In this document: positions 44,111-53,629 of the stretch, one piece after another
Numbering within the stretch: position 1 is the first letter of the stretch
Layout: each line of letters opens with the position of its first letter
Assembly (NCBI GenBank): GCA_937864815.1
Contig: CALMJY010000172.1
Span: 7,322 to 71,321 of the forward strand
Origin: an uncultured Bacteroidota bacterium
Lineage (GTDB): Bacteria; Bacteroidota; Bacteroidia; Bacteroidales; VadinHA17
Reading direction: 5' to 3'
DNA length: 64,000 nucleotides
The notes under the pieces: model-generated
What the model saw: the letters and a program-made list of their open reading frames with translations, nothing else
The model's database searches: none
Told to the model about the DNA's origin: nothing
Translations under genes and position numbers: made by a program

Positions 44111-46681
44111 TTATTCATTCTCCTCCGATCTGCCCCTGCCAAGCAACTGCCCGAAGAAAATGGCATTCATAAATATCTTATTTGTACCGTACCAGGTTGC
44201 CCTGAAGTTTGTGTTATCATAAATTGAGACAATACGGTTTCCATGGACACTTGCAAAAGAGGCTCCCTTTATTCGTTCAATGTTTTCAGGCGTACAATAT
44301 CCGCTTAATAAAGGATTTTCAGTATAAACAACCGGGTTATTATATCTGACAGTATCTTTTTTTGCCACAACCACTCCGGTTTTAAAAACCGGTAAACGGT
44401 TCCTTGTATAACCATAACAGAGAGGATGGGAAAGATCGAGTCTGGTTTCAAAAATGGAGCCGGCTATCTGGTGTATCTGCCTGTCATTCTGCATTTTTAC
44501 GTATATTCCATCCTCTTTATTCTGTTTCACTTCATCCACATAATTTATCTGGGTTATCTTGTTGTTCGCAATCCAGCGGTTACCGCTCTCGTACCCTATA
44601 ATTGTGCCACCTCCTCTGTTCCAGGCTTTAAGTTTTTCAATAAAGGCAGGAGAGACTGATGGATTGCCTGTCACAATGATTACGTTATATTTCTGAAGAC
44701 TTATATTGTTTGCCCTTGATGGAGTAACCATAGTTACCGGTATTCTGAACCTGGTATCGAGCAGATGCCATATCTCGCCTGCATCTGTGCTATTAGATCC
44801 ATCTCCAGAGAACATCATAACCGAAGGCTGCTGGATGTTTACAAACAGGTTGCTGCCCAGGTCCATTCCTTTCGGAGTAAGTCCTGTACTTACTCCATAG
44901 ACAGTTATTCCGCAATTCTTTGCAACGGATTCAACCAGTTTTAAAAGGTCGTTTCCATCCATAGACTGTCCCTGTGTGTGAATAAGAACAGTGCCAAAGG
45001 AAAATTCCTTAATAATCGTACCATCATTACAGGTAAACCTGTCTGTGGCAATTTTTACCCTTATGCCTGCACTCTGGAGTTCATACAAAGCTTTAGGTGC
45101 CAGGTATTCATTCCATTCAAAAAGATAGGCATATGGATCTCTTGATCCTGTTATGCCTCCTGAAGGCAACGGCGGATTGATAACTTCCTCACCGAAAAGT
45201 CCGTCAAGCGATTTAATATCACTTACAGGAGAATACGTTAGATTGAATGCCATTGGAAGAACCCATGTGGACACATCATAGAAAGTACTGTCGGCAAAAC
45301 TCAGCACAGGTTCGAACAGACACCTGACGAACCTGTGCTCATTCTGCTTAAGAGGTACGACATAACTGTCAGATGCTTTGTAGCTTATACCATCTTTGGA
45401 ATAATCCTTGCCAAGCCGATAGACATTTATTTTATGCTCATTCAGGATCCTTATAAATTCAGCGGTTCTTCCTTTATCGGTTGTTTCTGTAAATATATAT
45501 GCCTTTACAGGATGACTGTTTGCCAGGGTTGCTGCATCACGGTAAAAATTCCTCTGACTTTCAAGCAGCTTTTTTTTCATCTGAAGGCCTGCTTCAAGCG
45601 AAGAGAGAGAAACAGTGACCTGGTTCCTGATAGCAAAAGGAAATGATATCTGTCCTCCCGAAGTATTTCTCAGATGACCTTTAACTCCTGCCTGTTCAAA
45701 CAAAATTCCGACCGATCCGTGAATATCAGGATAGGAGGACCCCTTACCAACATAATAATCATCGAATGACTCTTCTGTATAATAAAGACTCCCGATGGAA
45801 TTCAGGTATTTTTCATGATATGTTCCAATTTCTGATGTCAGCTGATGGACATTGACCGGAGTGAGGGGATTATTTCTCCTTTGCACACCAGGCTGAAAGA
45901 AAAAGGTTGAGCCTGCATCCATCTCGTGATGGTCAGTTACAATATTGGGTCTCCACCGGTAGAAAGCTGCTACCCTTCCTGCCGTCTCCGGTTGCTGAAG
46001 GAAAAGATAGTCGCGGTTCAGGTCGAACCAGTAGTGGTTGGTCCTTCCTCCTGGCCATGTCTCTGCAAATTCCCAGGAATCCGGATCAGGGTTATTGTTC
46101 AGGCTTCTTGTGGAATTAACCCATGATGAATGTCTCTGCATTCCATCAGGATTAAGGGAAGGATCCAGAAGAATTACTGTGTTTTTCAGGAGCAGGTCAA
46201 TTTTTTCATCCTCTCCGGCAATTAAATAGTAAGCCACAATTGCCGATGCATTCTGGGCACTCGATTCATTGCCATGAATTCCGTACCCAAGCTTTACAAA
46301 AACAGGCATTTTCTCAATGTCAGCATCTCCAGAAACAACAGGATCGCAAAGTTTAAGGTGCTCGGTTCTCAGTTGTTCGATATTCTTTATGTTCTCAGGC
46401 GAACTGATTATCAGCTGCCCCAGGGGACGGTTTTCATGACTCTTACCATATTCCTCCCATAAGGCCCTGTCGGAGATTCTGGCCAGTTCGGTGATGTAAA
46501 CATAGAGTCTATCGTGCGAAAGATGCCATTCACCGGATTCATGACTAAAAAACTGCTGGGGTGTAGGAATATCCTGGATGTACCTGGTTCCTGAAGGAAG
46601 ATAATAATCAAGTGTTTGCTGCCCTTTTAAGAATGATAAAGCAAATATGGACACTGTCAGGAGAACTAGCCTTTTCATCAT
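44111..46681 (-). CDS. Secreted M14-family zinc carboxypeptidase-like protein (large, multi-domain)
   Basis: 856 aa with a signal peptide. HGNESS and DHHEM zinc-ligand contexts. Confidence 0.75.
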   Translation of the reverse strand: MMKRLVLLTVSIFALSFLKGQQTLDYYLPSGTRYIQDIPTPQQFFSHESGEWHLSHDRLYVYITELARISDRALWEEYGKSHENRPLGQLIISSPENIKNIEQLRTEHLKLCDPVVSGDADIEKMPVFVKLGYGIHGNESSAQNASAIVAYYLIAGEDEKIDLLLKNTVILLDPSLNPDGMQRHSSWVNSTRSLNNNPDPDSWEFAETWPGGRTNHYWFDLNRDYLFLQQPETAGRVAAFYRWRPNIVTDHHEMDAGSTFFFQPGVQRRNNPLTPVNVHQLTSEIGTYHEKYLNSIGSLYYTEESFDDYYVGKGSSYPDIHGSVGILFEQAGVKGHLRNTSGGQISFPFAIRNQVTVSLSSLEAGLQMKKKLLESQRNFYRDAATLANSHPVKAYIFTETTDKGRTAEFIRILNEHKINVYRLGKDYSKDGISYKASDSYVVPLKQNEHRFVRCLFEPVLSFADSTFYDVSTWVLPMAFNLTYSPVSDIKSLDGLFGEEVINPPLPSGGITGSRDPYAYLFEWNEYLAPKALYELQSAGIRVKIATDRFTCNDGTIIKEFSFGTVLIHTQGQSMDGNDLLKLVESVAKNCGITVYGVSTGLTPKGMDLGSNLFVNIQQPSVMMFSGDGSNSTDAGEIWHLLDTRFRIPVTMVTPSRANNISLQKYNVIIVTGNPSVSPAFIEKLKAWNRGGGTIIGYESGNRWIANNKITQINYVDEVKQNKEDGIYVKMQNDRQIHQIAGSIFETRLDLSHPLCYGYTRNRLPVFKTGVVVAKKDTVRYNNPVVYTENPLLSGYCTPENIERIKGASFASVHGNRIVSIYDNTNFRATWYGTNKIFMNAIFFGQLLGRGRSEENE

Positions 46682-46723
46682 TTAATTTTTGATAATGATC
46701 AGGCAAAGTAATAAAAATAATTG

Positions 46724-47815
46724 TCAAACTTTTTTCCTCCGTGTATTATAATGTGCAGAATCGCCCCATTCACCATAGATTATTTCGGCATCAGCGAGAC
46801 TTATACGGGCCTCCAGACAGCTCTGGCAGTCCTCTGCTGAATCATCGGTACAAGGCTTATTATCATATAGTTTATAACTGTCGCGGTATTTCCCGGGAGT
46901 TATATTTGGCATCACAATATTGGCTCCTATCTTCACAGCTTTCTCCCTGCCAATAGGGTCTATTGCCTGGAGAGCTGTGGCTGCCACAATATTGATATCT
47001 TTCATCATCAGGCGTATGACAGCAATCATTTTAAGGGTCAGGTCAAACCTCTGTCTGAGTGGCATAAGTTCTCCTGAATATTTTATGAGCGGAGTATCGG
47101 CGTGCTCAATATATGGCCCCATTCCGCACATATCAATATCAAATTCCCTCATAAAGAGCAGATCATCTGCAAGGTCATCTGTGGTCTGAAACGGAAGCCC
47201 GATCATTACACCTGTCCCTGTCTGGTAGCCTGTATCCTGCAATATTTTGAGACACTCAAGTCTTCGTGTAAAACTGTGTTTGTCATCATTAGGGTGGATT
47301 TTGGAGTAGAGTTCCTTATTTGTTGATTCAACACGCAGAAGGTACCTGTGAGCACCTGCCTCGAACCATCTCCTGTAAACATCAGGTTCCTGTTCTCCAA
47401 CAGATAATGTAATTCCAAGCTCTCCGTTTGACATTACCTTTATTCTGTGAAGAAGGTTTTCAATCCTGTCTGTCACAAACGGACTCTCAAGCTCACCCGA
47501 TTGAAGTGCAATCGACCCGTACCTGTTGATATATGCAAATCTTGCAGCTTCAAGTATTTCATCATCCGAAAGATTATACCTGTGAAGATCTTTATTTCCC
47601 TTTCTGATGCCGCAGTACAGGCAATCCTTTCCGCAGATATTTGAGAATTCTATGAGTCCTCTGAACCAGACCTTCCTGCCGATGTATTTTTCCTTTATTT
47701 CAGCTGACTTCGTGAAAAGAAGAGTCCTTTCCTCACCTTCACATTTCAGAAGTCGCAGAATCTCTTCCTTTGAATAGCTTTCTCTTTCTAGAATATCTTT
47801 TATAATACTTGTCAT
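46724..47815 (-). CDS. hydE: [FeFe]-hydrogenase maturase HydE (radical SAM, BioB-like)
   Basis: 363 aa. CGKDCLYCGIR CX3CX2C motif. HydE-like blocks throughout. Confidence 0.8.
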   Translation of the reverse strand: MTSIIKDILERESYSKEEILRLLKCEGEERTLLFTKSAEIKEKYIGRKVWFRGLIEFSNICGKDCLYCGIRKGNKDLHRYNLSDDEILEAARFAYINRYGSIALQSGELESPFVTDRIENLLHRIKVMSNGELGITLSVGEQEPDVYRRWFEAGAHRYLLRVESTNKELYSKIHPNDDKHSFTRRLECLKILQDTGYQTGTGVMIGLPFQTTDDLADDLLFMREFDIDMCGMGPYIEHADTPLIKYSGELMPLRQRFDLTLKMIAVIRLMMKDINIVAATALQAIDPIGREKAVKIGANIVMPNITPGKYRDSYKLYDNKPCTDDSAEDCQSCLEARISLADAEIIYGEWGDSAHYNTRRKKV

Positions 47816-47995
47816 TTTTAACTTATTGGGCTGACAAAATTAATAAAAGAAAAGATACAGAGTCTTTTTAATTCTGTTGAGTACATTTTTGATTCTTCCC
47901 GGCAAATGATCTTAAACATGTTTTAGGGCAGTTAATTTTTACTATCTTGCTTTAGAAATAGTAGTTACAATTAAGTCAGAATTATTGTATTTATT

Positions 47996-50053
47996 ATGAT
48001 AAATGAAAAACTTATTAATCCGTCGGGTATTGTAGTTGTTGGCGGTTCAGATGATCTTTTTAAACCCGGGGGGAAAGTTCTCAGAAATATAATTGAAGGC
48101 GGATATAAAGGCAGTCTTTATGTTGTAAATCCAAAGCATGACAAGGTTCAGGGTATTAAATCCTGGAAAAGCATAGAAGATATTCCTTCTGCTGATCTTG
48201 CTATTCTGGCTATCTCAGCAAATTTATGCCTTCAGGCTGTCGAAACTCTTATCAGAAAAAAGAGTACAAGGGCATTTATAATAATTTCAGCAGGTTTCAG
48301 TGAGGCTGGTGAAGATGGTAAAAAACTTGAAAATGAAATTGTTACGCTTATTTCGGAATCAGGGGGCTGCCTGATAGGACCAAACTGCATCGGGGTTGTG
48401 ACCCAGTCATACCAGGGAGTCTTTACATCACCTGTTCCGAAGCTCGATCGTGAAGGATGCGACTTTGTTTCCGGTTCGGGAGCTACAGCTGTATTTATAT
48501 TTGAGTCTGCAATGCCTAAGGGGCTAAAGTTTGCAAGTGTTTTTTCAGTTGGGAACAGTGCTCAGACAGGGGTAGAGGAAGTACTTGAATTCTGGGATAA
48601 GACTTTTGATCCGGTGTCAAGCTCCAGGATTAAGCTTATTTATGTTGAGAGCATAAGGAACCCGGATAAGCTTCTGCATCATGCTTCATCACTTATTCGA
48701 AAAGGATGCCGTATAGCCGCTATTAAAGCAGGTACCACTGAAGCCGGAAGCAGGGCTGCCTCATCACATACCGGTGCAATGGCTTCTTCCGATTCAGCGG
48801 TGGAAGCTCTGTTCAGGAAGGCTGGTATAGTGCGGTGCTCAGGCAGGGAGGAACTTGCTACCGTGGCTTCCGTATTCATGCATAAACCGCTTAATGGTAA
48901 AAATATTGCAATCATTACCCATGCCGGAGGTCCGGCAGTAATGCTTACAGATGCACTTTCGGCAGGGGGTATGAATATTCCGAGAATTACAGGTACGCAT
49001 CATGATGTTTTACTCAGTATGATGAATCCTGGGGCTTCAGCTGACAATCCAATCGATATGATTGCTACTGCCACAACAGAACAGCTTGAAAATGTGATTG
49101 AGTACGTTGATAAGAAAATCCCCATGCTCGATGGAATGAGCGTAATCTTCGGCAGTAACGGATTAAATGATATGACTGAGATCTATGATCTTCTTCACAG
49201 CAAGATCAATAAGTGCAATAAACCGCTTTATCCCATTCTTCCTTCAATTACAAGTTCATCAAAGGAGCTGGCAGATTTCCTTGATAAAGGACATGTGAAT
49301 TTCCCGGATGAGGTCGTGCTTGGACAGGCTTTGACAAAAATTTTCAACACACCACTGCCGGCTGATGATAAAATTTTATTTGATAAGGTGGATGTTCCTC
49401 ATATCAGAAAGATTATTGAAAAGTCTCCTGATGGATATCTGGAACCATCTGTTATCCAGGAGCTTCTTGCTGCTGCCAGTATACCGGTAGTAAAGGAAGC
49501 CGTGGCTAAAACTAAAAAGGAACTTTTTGGTCTGGCAAAGAAGACAGGTTATCCGCTTGCACTTAAGGTAGTCGGACCTGTACACAAGTCGGATGTTGGA
49601 GGGGTTACTCTTAATATCAAATCTGAAAAACATCTTGAGGCTGAATTCACCAGGATGATGAAAATAAAGGGTGTAAAAGCAGTGCTTGTCCAGCAGATGC
49701 TTTCAGGTACTGAGCTTTTTATCGGCGCAAAATATGAACCCCGTTTCGGGCATGTTATCCTTTGCGGACTGGGAGGTATCTTTGTTGAGGTACTTAAGGA
49801 TGTTTCATCAGGTCTTGCTCCTCTTACATTTAATGAAGCAGAATCGATGATCAGAAGCATAAAGAGTTATAAGATTATTCATGGAACCAGAGGAAAGCCT
49901 GGTATCAATGAGACAATGTTTGCCGATATAATTGTGAGGCTCTCAACCCTGCTTAGGTATGCAACAGAGATTAAAGAGATGGACTTAAATCCATTGATGG
50001 GCAGTCCTGAAAATCTGACAGTTGTTGATGCAAGAATAAGGATTGAGAAATAG
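47996..50053 (+). CDS. ADP-forming acetyl/acyl-CoA synthetase (fused alpha/beta, CoA-binding + ATP-grasp)
   Basis: 685 aa. N-terminal CoA-binding VVGGSDD..KPG, ligase-CoA domain, C-terminal ATP-grasp. Confidence 0.85.
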   Translation: MINEKLINPSGIVVVGGSDDLFKPGGKVLRNIIEGGYKGSLYVVNPKHDKVQGIKSWKSIEDIPSADLAILAISANLCLQAVETLIRKKSTRAFIIISAGFSEAGEDGKKLENEIVTLISESGGCLIGPNCIGVVTQSYQGVFTSPVPKLDREGCDFVSGSGATAVFIFESAMPKGLKFASVFSVGNSAQTGVEEVLEFWDKTFDPVSSSRIKLIYVESIRNPDKLLHHASSLIRKGCRIAAIKAGTTEAGSRAASSHTGAMASSDSAVEALFRKAGIVRCSGREELATVASVFMHKPLNGKNIAIITHAGGPAVMLTDALSAGGMNIPRITGTHHDVLLSMMNPGASADNPIDMIATATTEQLENVIEYVDKKIPMLDGMSVIFGSNGLNDMTEIYDLLHSKINKCNKPLYPILPSITSSSKELADFLDKGHVNFPDEVVLGQALTKIFNTPLPADDKILFDKVDVPHIRKIIEKSPDGYLEPSVIQELLAAASIPVVKEAVAKTKKELFGLAKKTGYPLALKVVGPVHKSDVGGVTLNIKSEKHLEAEFTRMMKIKGVKAVLVQQMLSGTELFIGAKYEPRFGHVILCGLGGIFVEVLKDVSSGLAPLTFNEAESMIRSIKSYKIIHGTRGKPGINETMFADIIVRLSTLLRYATEIKEMDLNPLMGSPENLTVVDARIRIEK

Positions 50054-50170
50054 TTAAAATGTTGTTGAGAGTTTTTCAAGAGGAGATTGATAATGATCAT
50101 CTTTGAATGGTTTTTAATATTATTATATTTGATGCCTTAATTTTAGCGTGGACTGTTATTTAATAATGAG

Positions 50171-51487
50171 ATGGGACAAATTCCATTTGACAGGAATACG
50201 GTAAGCAGAGTAATTGCTGAAAGTGGTGTAAATTCACTTTCAATTGCTTCAATCAGAGAGATAGCCCGGCTGGTAAATCTCCTTGAAAAGGCGACAGGGG
50301 AGAAGTATATCAGAATGGAGATGGGTGTTCCGGGTCTTACAGCTGCAAAAGCAGGCATTGAAGCCGAGATAGAAGCGCTTAAAAGCGGTGTTGCTTCCTT
50401 TTATCCCGATATAGAAGGTGTTCCTGCTTTTAAAGAAGAAGCATCAAGGTTTATCAAACTGTTTCTTAATCTTGATATTAGTCCCAAAGGATGCATCCCT
50501 ACTGTTGGTTCAATGATGGGCGCAATGGCAGCTTTCCTGGTGGCCAACAGGAATGACAGGAGAAAAGAGGGCTCACTGTTTCTGGATCCGGGTTTCCCTG
50601 TCCAGAAGAAACAGGTAAAGCTGCTCGGACACGATTATACTCATTTTGATATTTTACAATTCAGAGGTGAAAAACTTAGGGATAAGCTGGAATCATTCCT
50701 TACCAGCGGAAAGGTTTCTTCAATAGTATATTCAAATCCGAATAATCCGACGTGGATGTGCCTCAATGAGCATGAACTTTCCATTATCGGAGAACTTTCG
50801 AGTAAATATGATGTTATAGTAATTGAAGACCTTGCCTATTTCGGAATGGATTTCAGAAGCGATTATTCCAAACCCGGAGTGCCTCCATATCAGCCATCAA
50901 TAGGCAGATACACAGAAAATTACATACTCCTGGTTTCAAGCTCTAAAGTATTCAGCTATGCCGGGCAGAGGATAGGTTTGATGGCAATATCCGATCATCT
51001 TTTTAACAGGAGCTATCCTGACCTTCTGAGATATTATTCATCTGATAAGTTCGGACATTCAATGGTATATGGCGCTCTTTACGCCTTGTCGGCAGGCGCG
51101 ACTCACTCAGTTCAGTACGGAATGGCTGCTATTCTGAAAGAAGCCAATGAAGGACGATACAATTTTATTGATGAGGTAAAGGAATATGGTGAGAAGGCGA
51201 AGGTTATGAAATCCCTCTTTACAGCAAATGGATTCATTATTGCCTACGACACTGATATTGACCAGCCAATCGCTGATGGATTCTATTTTACAATAGCGTA
51301 CCCAGGAATGAAGAGCTATGAGCTCCTTGAAGAGCTTTTATATTACGGAATAAGCGCTATTACACTTGATATTACAGGCAGCAGCAGGGATGATGGCCTG
51401 AGGGCTTGTGTTTCACATGTTTCAAGGGACCAGTTTGGTGACCTTGAAGAGAGGCTGAAGAGTTTCAGAAAAAATAATCCGGTTTAA
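50171..51487 (+). CDS. PLP-dependent aminotransferase (class I/II)
   Basis: 438 aa. SNPNNPT and SSSKVFSYAGQRIG (PLP-Lys context). Confidence 0.8.
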   Translation: MGQIPFDRNTVSRVIAESGVNSLSIASIREIARLVNLLEKATGEKYIRMEMGVPGLTAAKAGIEAEIEALKSGVASFYPDIEGVPAFKEEASRFIKLFLNLDISPKGCIPTVGSMMGAMAAFLVANRNDRRKEGSLFLDPGFPVQKKQVKLLGHDYTHFDILQFRGEKLRDKLESFLTSGKVSSIVYSNPNNPTWMCLNEHELSIIGELSSKYDVIVIEDLAYFGMDFRSDYSKPGVPPYQPSIGRYTENYILLVSSSKVFSYAGQRIGLMAISDHLFNRSYPDLLRYYSSDKFGHSMVYGALYALSAGATHSVQYGMAAILKEANEGRYNFIDEVKEYGEKAKVMKSLFTANGFIIAYDTDIDQPIADGFYFTIAYPGMKSYELLEELLYYGISAITLDITGSSRDDGLRACVSHVSRDQFGDLEERLKSFRKNNPV

Positions 51488-51507
51488 GATTACAACAGGA
51501 AAGAGAT

Positions 51508-51732
51508 ATGGCAAAGATAAAAGGTAGTATTGTAGTTGATGTTGAAAAATGCAAAGGGTGCGAAGTATGTATGGTATCATGTCCAACAGGTACCATCGCA
51601 ATGGCAAAGGAGGTAAACAGCAAGGGCTATTTCAATGCATATCCTGCTAATCCTGATCTGTGTATTGGCTGTGCCAGCTGTGCTATTGTATGTCCTGACG
51701 GAGTAATAACAGTCTTTAAAACAAAAATATAG
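51508..51732 (+). CDS. 2-oxoacid:ferredoxin oxidoreductase delta subunit (2x[4Fe-4S] ferredoxin)
   Basis: 74 aa. CKGCEVCMVSCP and CIGCASCAIVCP. Confidence 0.85.
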   Translation: MAKIKGSIVVDVEKCKGCEVCMVSCPTGTIAMAKEVNSKGYFNAYPANPDLCIGCASCAIVCPDGVITVFKTKI

Positions 51733-51738
51733 GCGCCG

Positions 51739-52812
51739 ATGGAAAAGGAACTAAGGTTAATGAAAGGCAATGAGGCTATAGCCGAAGCAGCCATACGTGC
51801 CGGTGCAGACGGATATTTTAGTTACCCCATAACGCCACAGAGTGAAATACTGGAATATCTGATGGAGGCAAATCCATTTGAAAGAACCGGTATGGTTGTC
51901 CTGCAGGCTGAAAGTGAAATAGCTGCTATAAATATGGTATATGGTGGTGCCGGTTGCGGAAAGAAGGTGATGACATCGTCCTCTTCCCCGGGGATTAGTC
52001 TTAAGCAGGAAGGAATCTCTTATATAGCAGGCGCGGAATTACCCTGTCTTATTGTAAATGTTGCCAGGGGCGGTCCGGGACTTGGTACAATTCAGCCTGC
52101 CCAGTCTGATTATTTTCAGTCTGTGAAAGGAGGAGGACATGGTGATTATCATCTTATTGTTCTTGCACCGGCTTCAGTGCAGGAAATGGCTGATTTTGTA
52201 GAGCTGGGATTCGATCTCGCATTCAAATACAGAAATCCTGTGCTTATCCTGTCCGATGGTGCCATCGGGCAGATGATGGAGAAAGTTTACCTTAAGCCGC
52301 AAAAACAAAGATCAACAGAGCTTTTGGAATGGGCAACCACAGGCAAAGGTAAAAGGGAAGAGAGGAATATTATCACATCACTTGATCTGGATCCTGACGG
52401 ACAGGAAGATTTTAATCACAGGCTTCAGGCAAAATATGCTGAAATTCAGAAAAATGAAGTTCGTTATGAGGAGTTTCAGTGTGATGATGCTGATTATCTT
52501 CTGGTAGCATATGGCACCAGCGCCAGGGTTTGCCAGAAATCAGTACAGATTGCCCGCGAACATGGCATAAAAGCCGGTCTTCTCCGACCAATTACATTAT
52601 TCCCCTTCCCATCCGTGAGAATCAAAGAGCTGGGTGAAAGGGTCAAAGGTATACTTTCAGTTGAAATGAGCTGTGGTCAGATGGTCGAAGATGTGATGCT
52701 GGCTGTTGGATGCAAGGTGCCTGTAAAACATTTCGGCAGAATGGGCGGAATTGTTACTACACCTGATGAGGTGGTTGAACAGCTTAAAACAATATTTAGT
52801 GGAGGGAAATAA
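51739..52812 (+). CDS. 2-oxoacid:ferredoxin oxidoreductase alpha subunit (Vor/Kor type)
   Basis: 357 aa. MKGNEAIAEAAIRAGADGYFSYPITPQSE is the typical N-terminus. Confidence 0.85.
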   Translation: MEKELRLMKGNEAIAEAAIRAGADGYFSYPITPQSEILEYLMEANPFERTGMVVLQAESEIAAINMVYGGAGCGKKVMTSSSSPGISLKQEGISYIAGAELPCLIVNVARGGPGLGTIQPAQSDYFQSVKGGGHGDYHLIVLAPASVQEMADFVELGFDLAFKYRNPVLILSDGAIGQMMEKVYLKPQKQRSTELLEWATTGKGKREERNIITSLDLDPDGQEDFNHRLQAKYAEIQKNEVRYEEFQCDDADYLLVAYGTSARVCQKSVQIAREHGIKAGLLRPITLFPFPSVRIKELGERVKGILSVEMSCGQMVEDVMLAVGCKVPVKHFGRMGGIVTTPDEVVEQLKTIFSGGK

Positions 52813-52813
52813 G

Positions 52814-53629
52814 ATGAAGGTAGTAACCGGATTAAAAGAAATTATTAAGCCTGAAAACCTGGCTTACCACAGGTCGGAAGTACTTGTCGATAATACACTT
52901 TCATATTGTCCCGGGTGCGGACACGGTACAGTCCACCGTATACTGGCAGAGCTTATAGAAGAACTCGGACTGCAGGAGAAAACGATAGGAGTATCTCCCG
53001 TTGGTTGTTCTGTTCTGCTTTACCACTACCTTGATGTTGACATCCAGCAGGCAGCTCACGGAAGAGCTCCCGCTGTAGCTACGGCGATCAAAAGGCTCCT
53101 TCCTGACAGATTTGTTTTTACTTACCAGGGTGACGGAGATCTTGCTGCAATAGGTACATCTGAGACAATTCATGCCTGTAACAGGGGCGAGAATATTCTG
53201 ATCATTTTTGTTAATAATGGTATTTATGGAATGACCGGAGGCCAGATGGCTCCAACCACCATTCCGGGGATGAAATCATCTACATCACCTCTCGGAAGGG
53301 ATGTACGAACTATGGGTAATCACCTAAAAATGACGGATATTGTAGCAACTCTCGATGGAACCTATTTTGTGACACGACAGAGTGTTCATACTCCTGCAAA
53401 TGTTAGAAGAACAAAGAAAGCAATGCGTAAAGCAATAGAATATCAGAAGCTTAACAGAGGTACCTGCTTTATTGAGATTGTTTCAAACTGCCCGTCAGGA
53501 TGGAAAATGACACCTGTGGAGTCGAACAAATGGATGGAAGCCAATATGTTTCCGTATTATCCTCTGGGTGACCTCAAGGTTCCGGCAGAAGAAAAGGAAA
53601 AGCAACAAAAAAGCAACAACAATGACTGA
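52814..53629 (+). CDS. 2-oxoacid:ferredoxin oxidoreductase beta subunit (TPP-binding)
   Basis: Start at the ATG at 52814, 2 nt after the alpha-subunit stop. YCPGCGHG and GDGD TPP motifs. Confidence 0.85.
   Translation: MKVVTGLKEIIKPENLAYHRSEVLVDNTLSYCPGCGHGTVHRILAELIEELGLQEKTIGVSPVGCSVLLYHYLDVDIQQAAHGRAPAVATAIKRLLPDRFVFTYQGDGDLAAIGTSETIHACNRGENILIIFVNNGIYGMTGGQMAPTTIPGMKSSTSPLGRDVRTMGNHLKMTDIVATLDGTYFVTRQSVHTPANVRRTKKAMRKAIEYQKLNRGTCFIEIVSNCPSGWKMTPVESNKWMEANMFPYYPLGDLKVPAEEKEKQQKSNNND

Noticed and set aside
44111-46681. The M14 peptidase as a hydrogenase-specific maturation protease, because it sits between hydG and hydE.
   Set aside because: [FeFe]-hydrogenases are not known to need C-terminal proteolytic maturation. 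The protein has a signal peptide and an extracytoplasmic multi-domain layout, so it is most likely an unrelated gene.
52751-52813. N-terminal extensions of the OFOR beta ORF (52751) and gamma ORF (53568), which would overlap the preceding subunits by 60 nt or more.
   Set aside because: The internal ATGs at 52814 and 53622 give family-typical N-termini and tight or overlapping junctions with the preceding genes. The 53568 extension starts at a GTG codon; I did not check the 52751 start codon.
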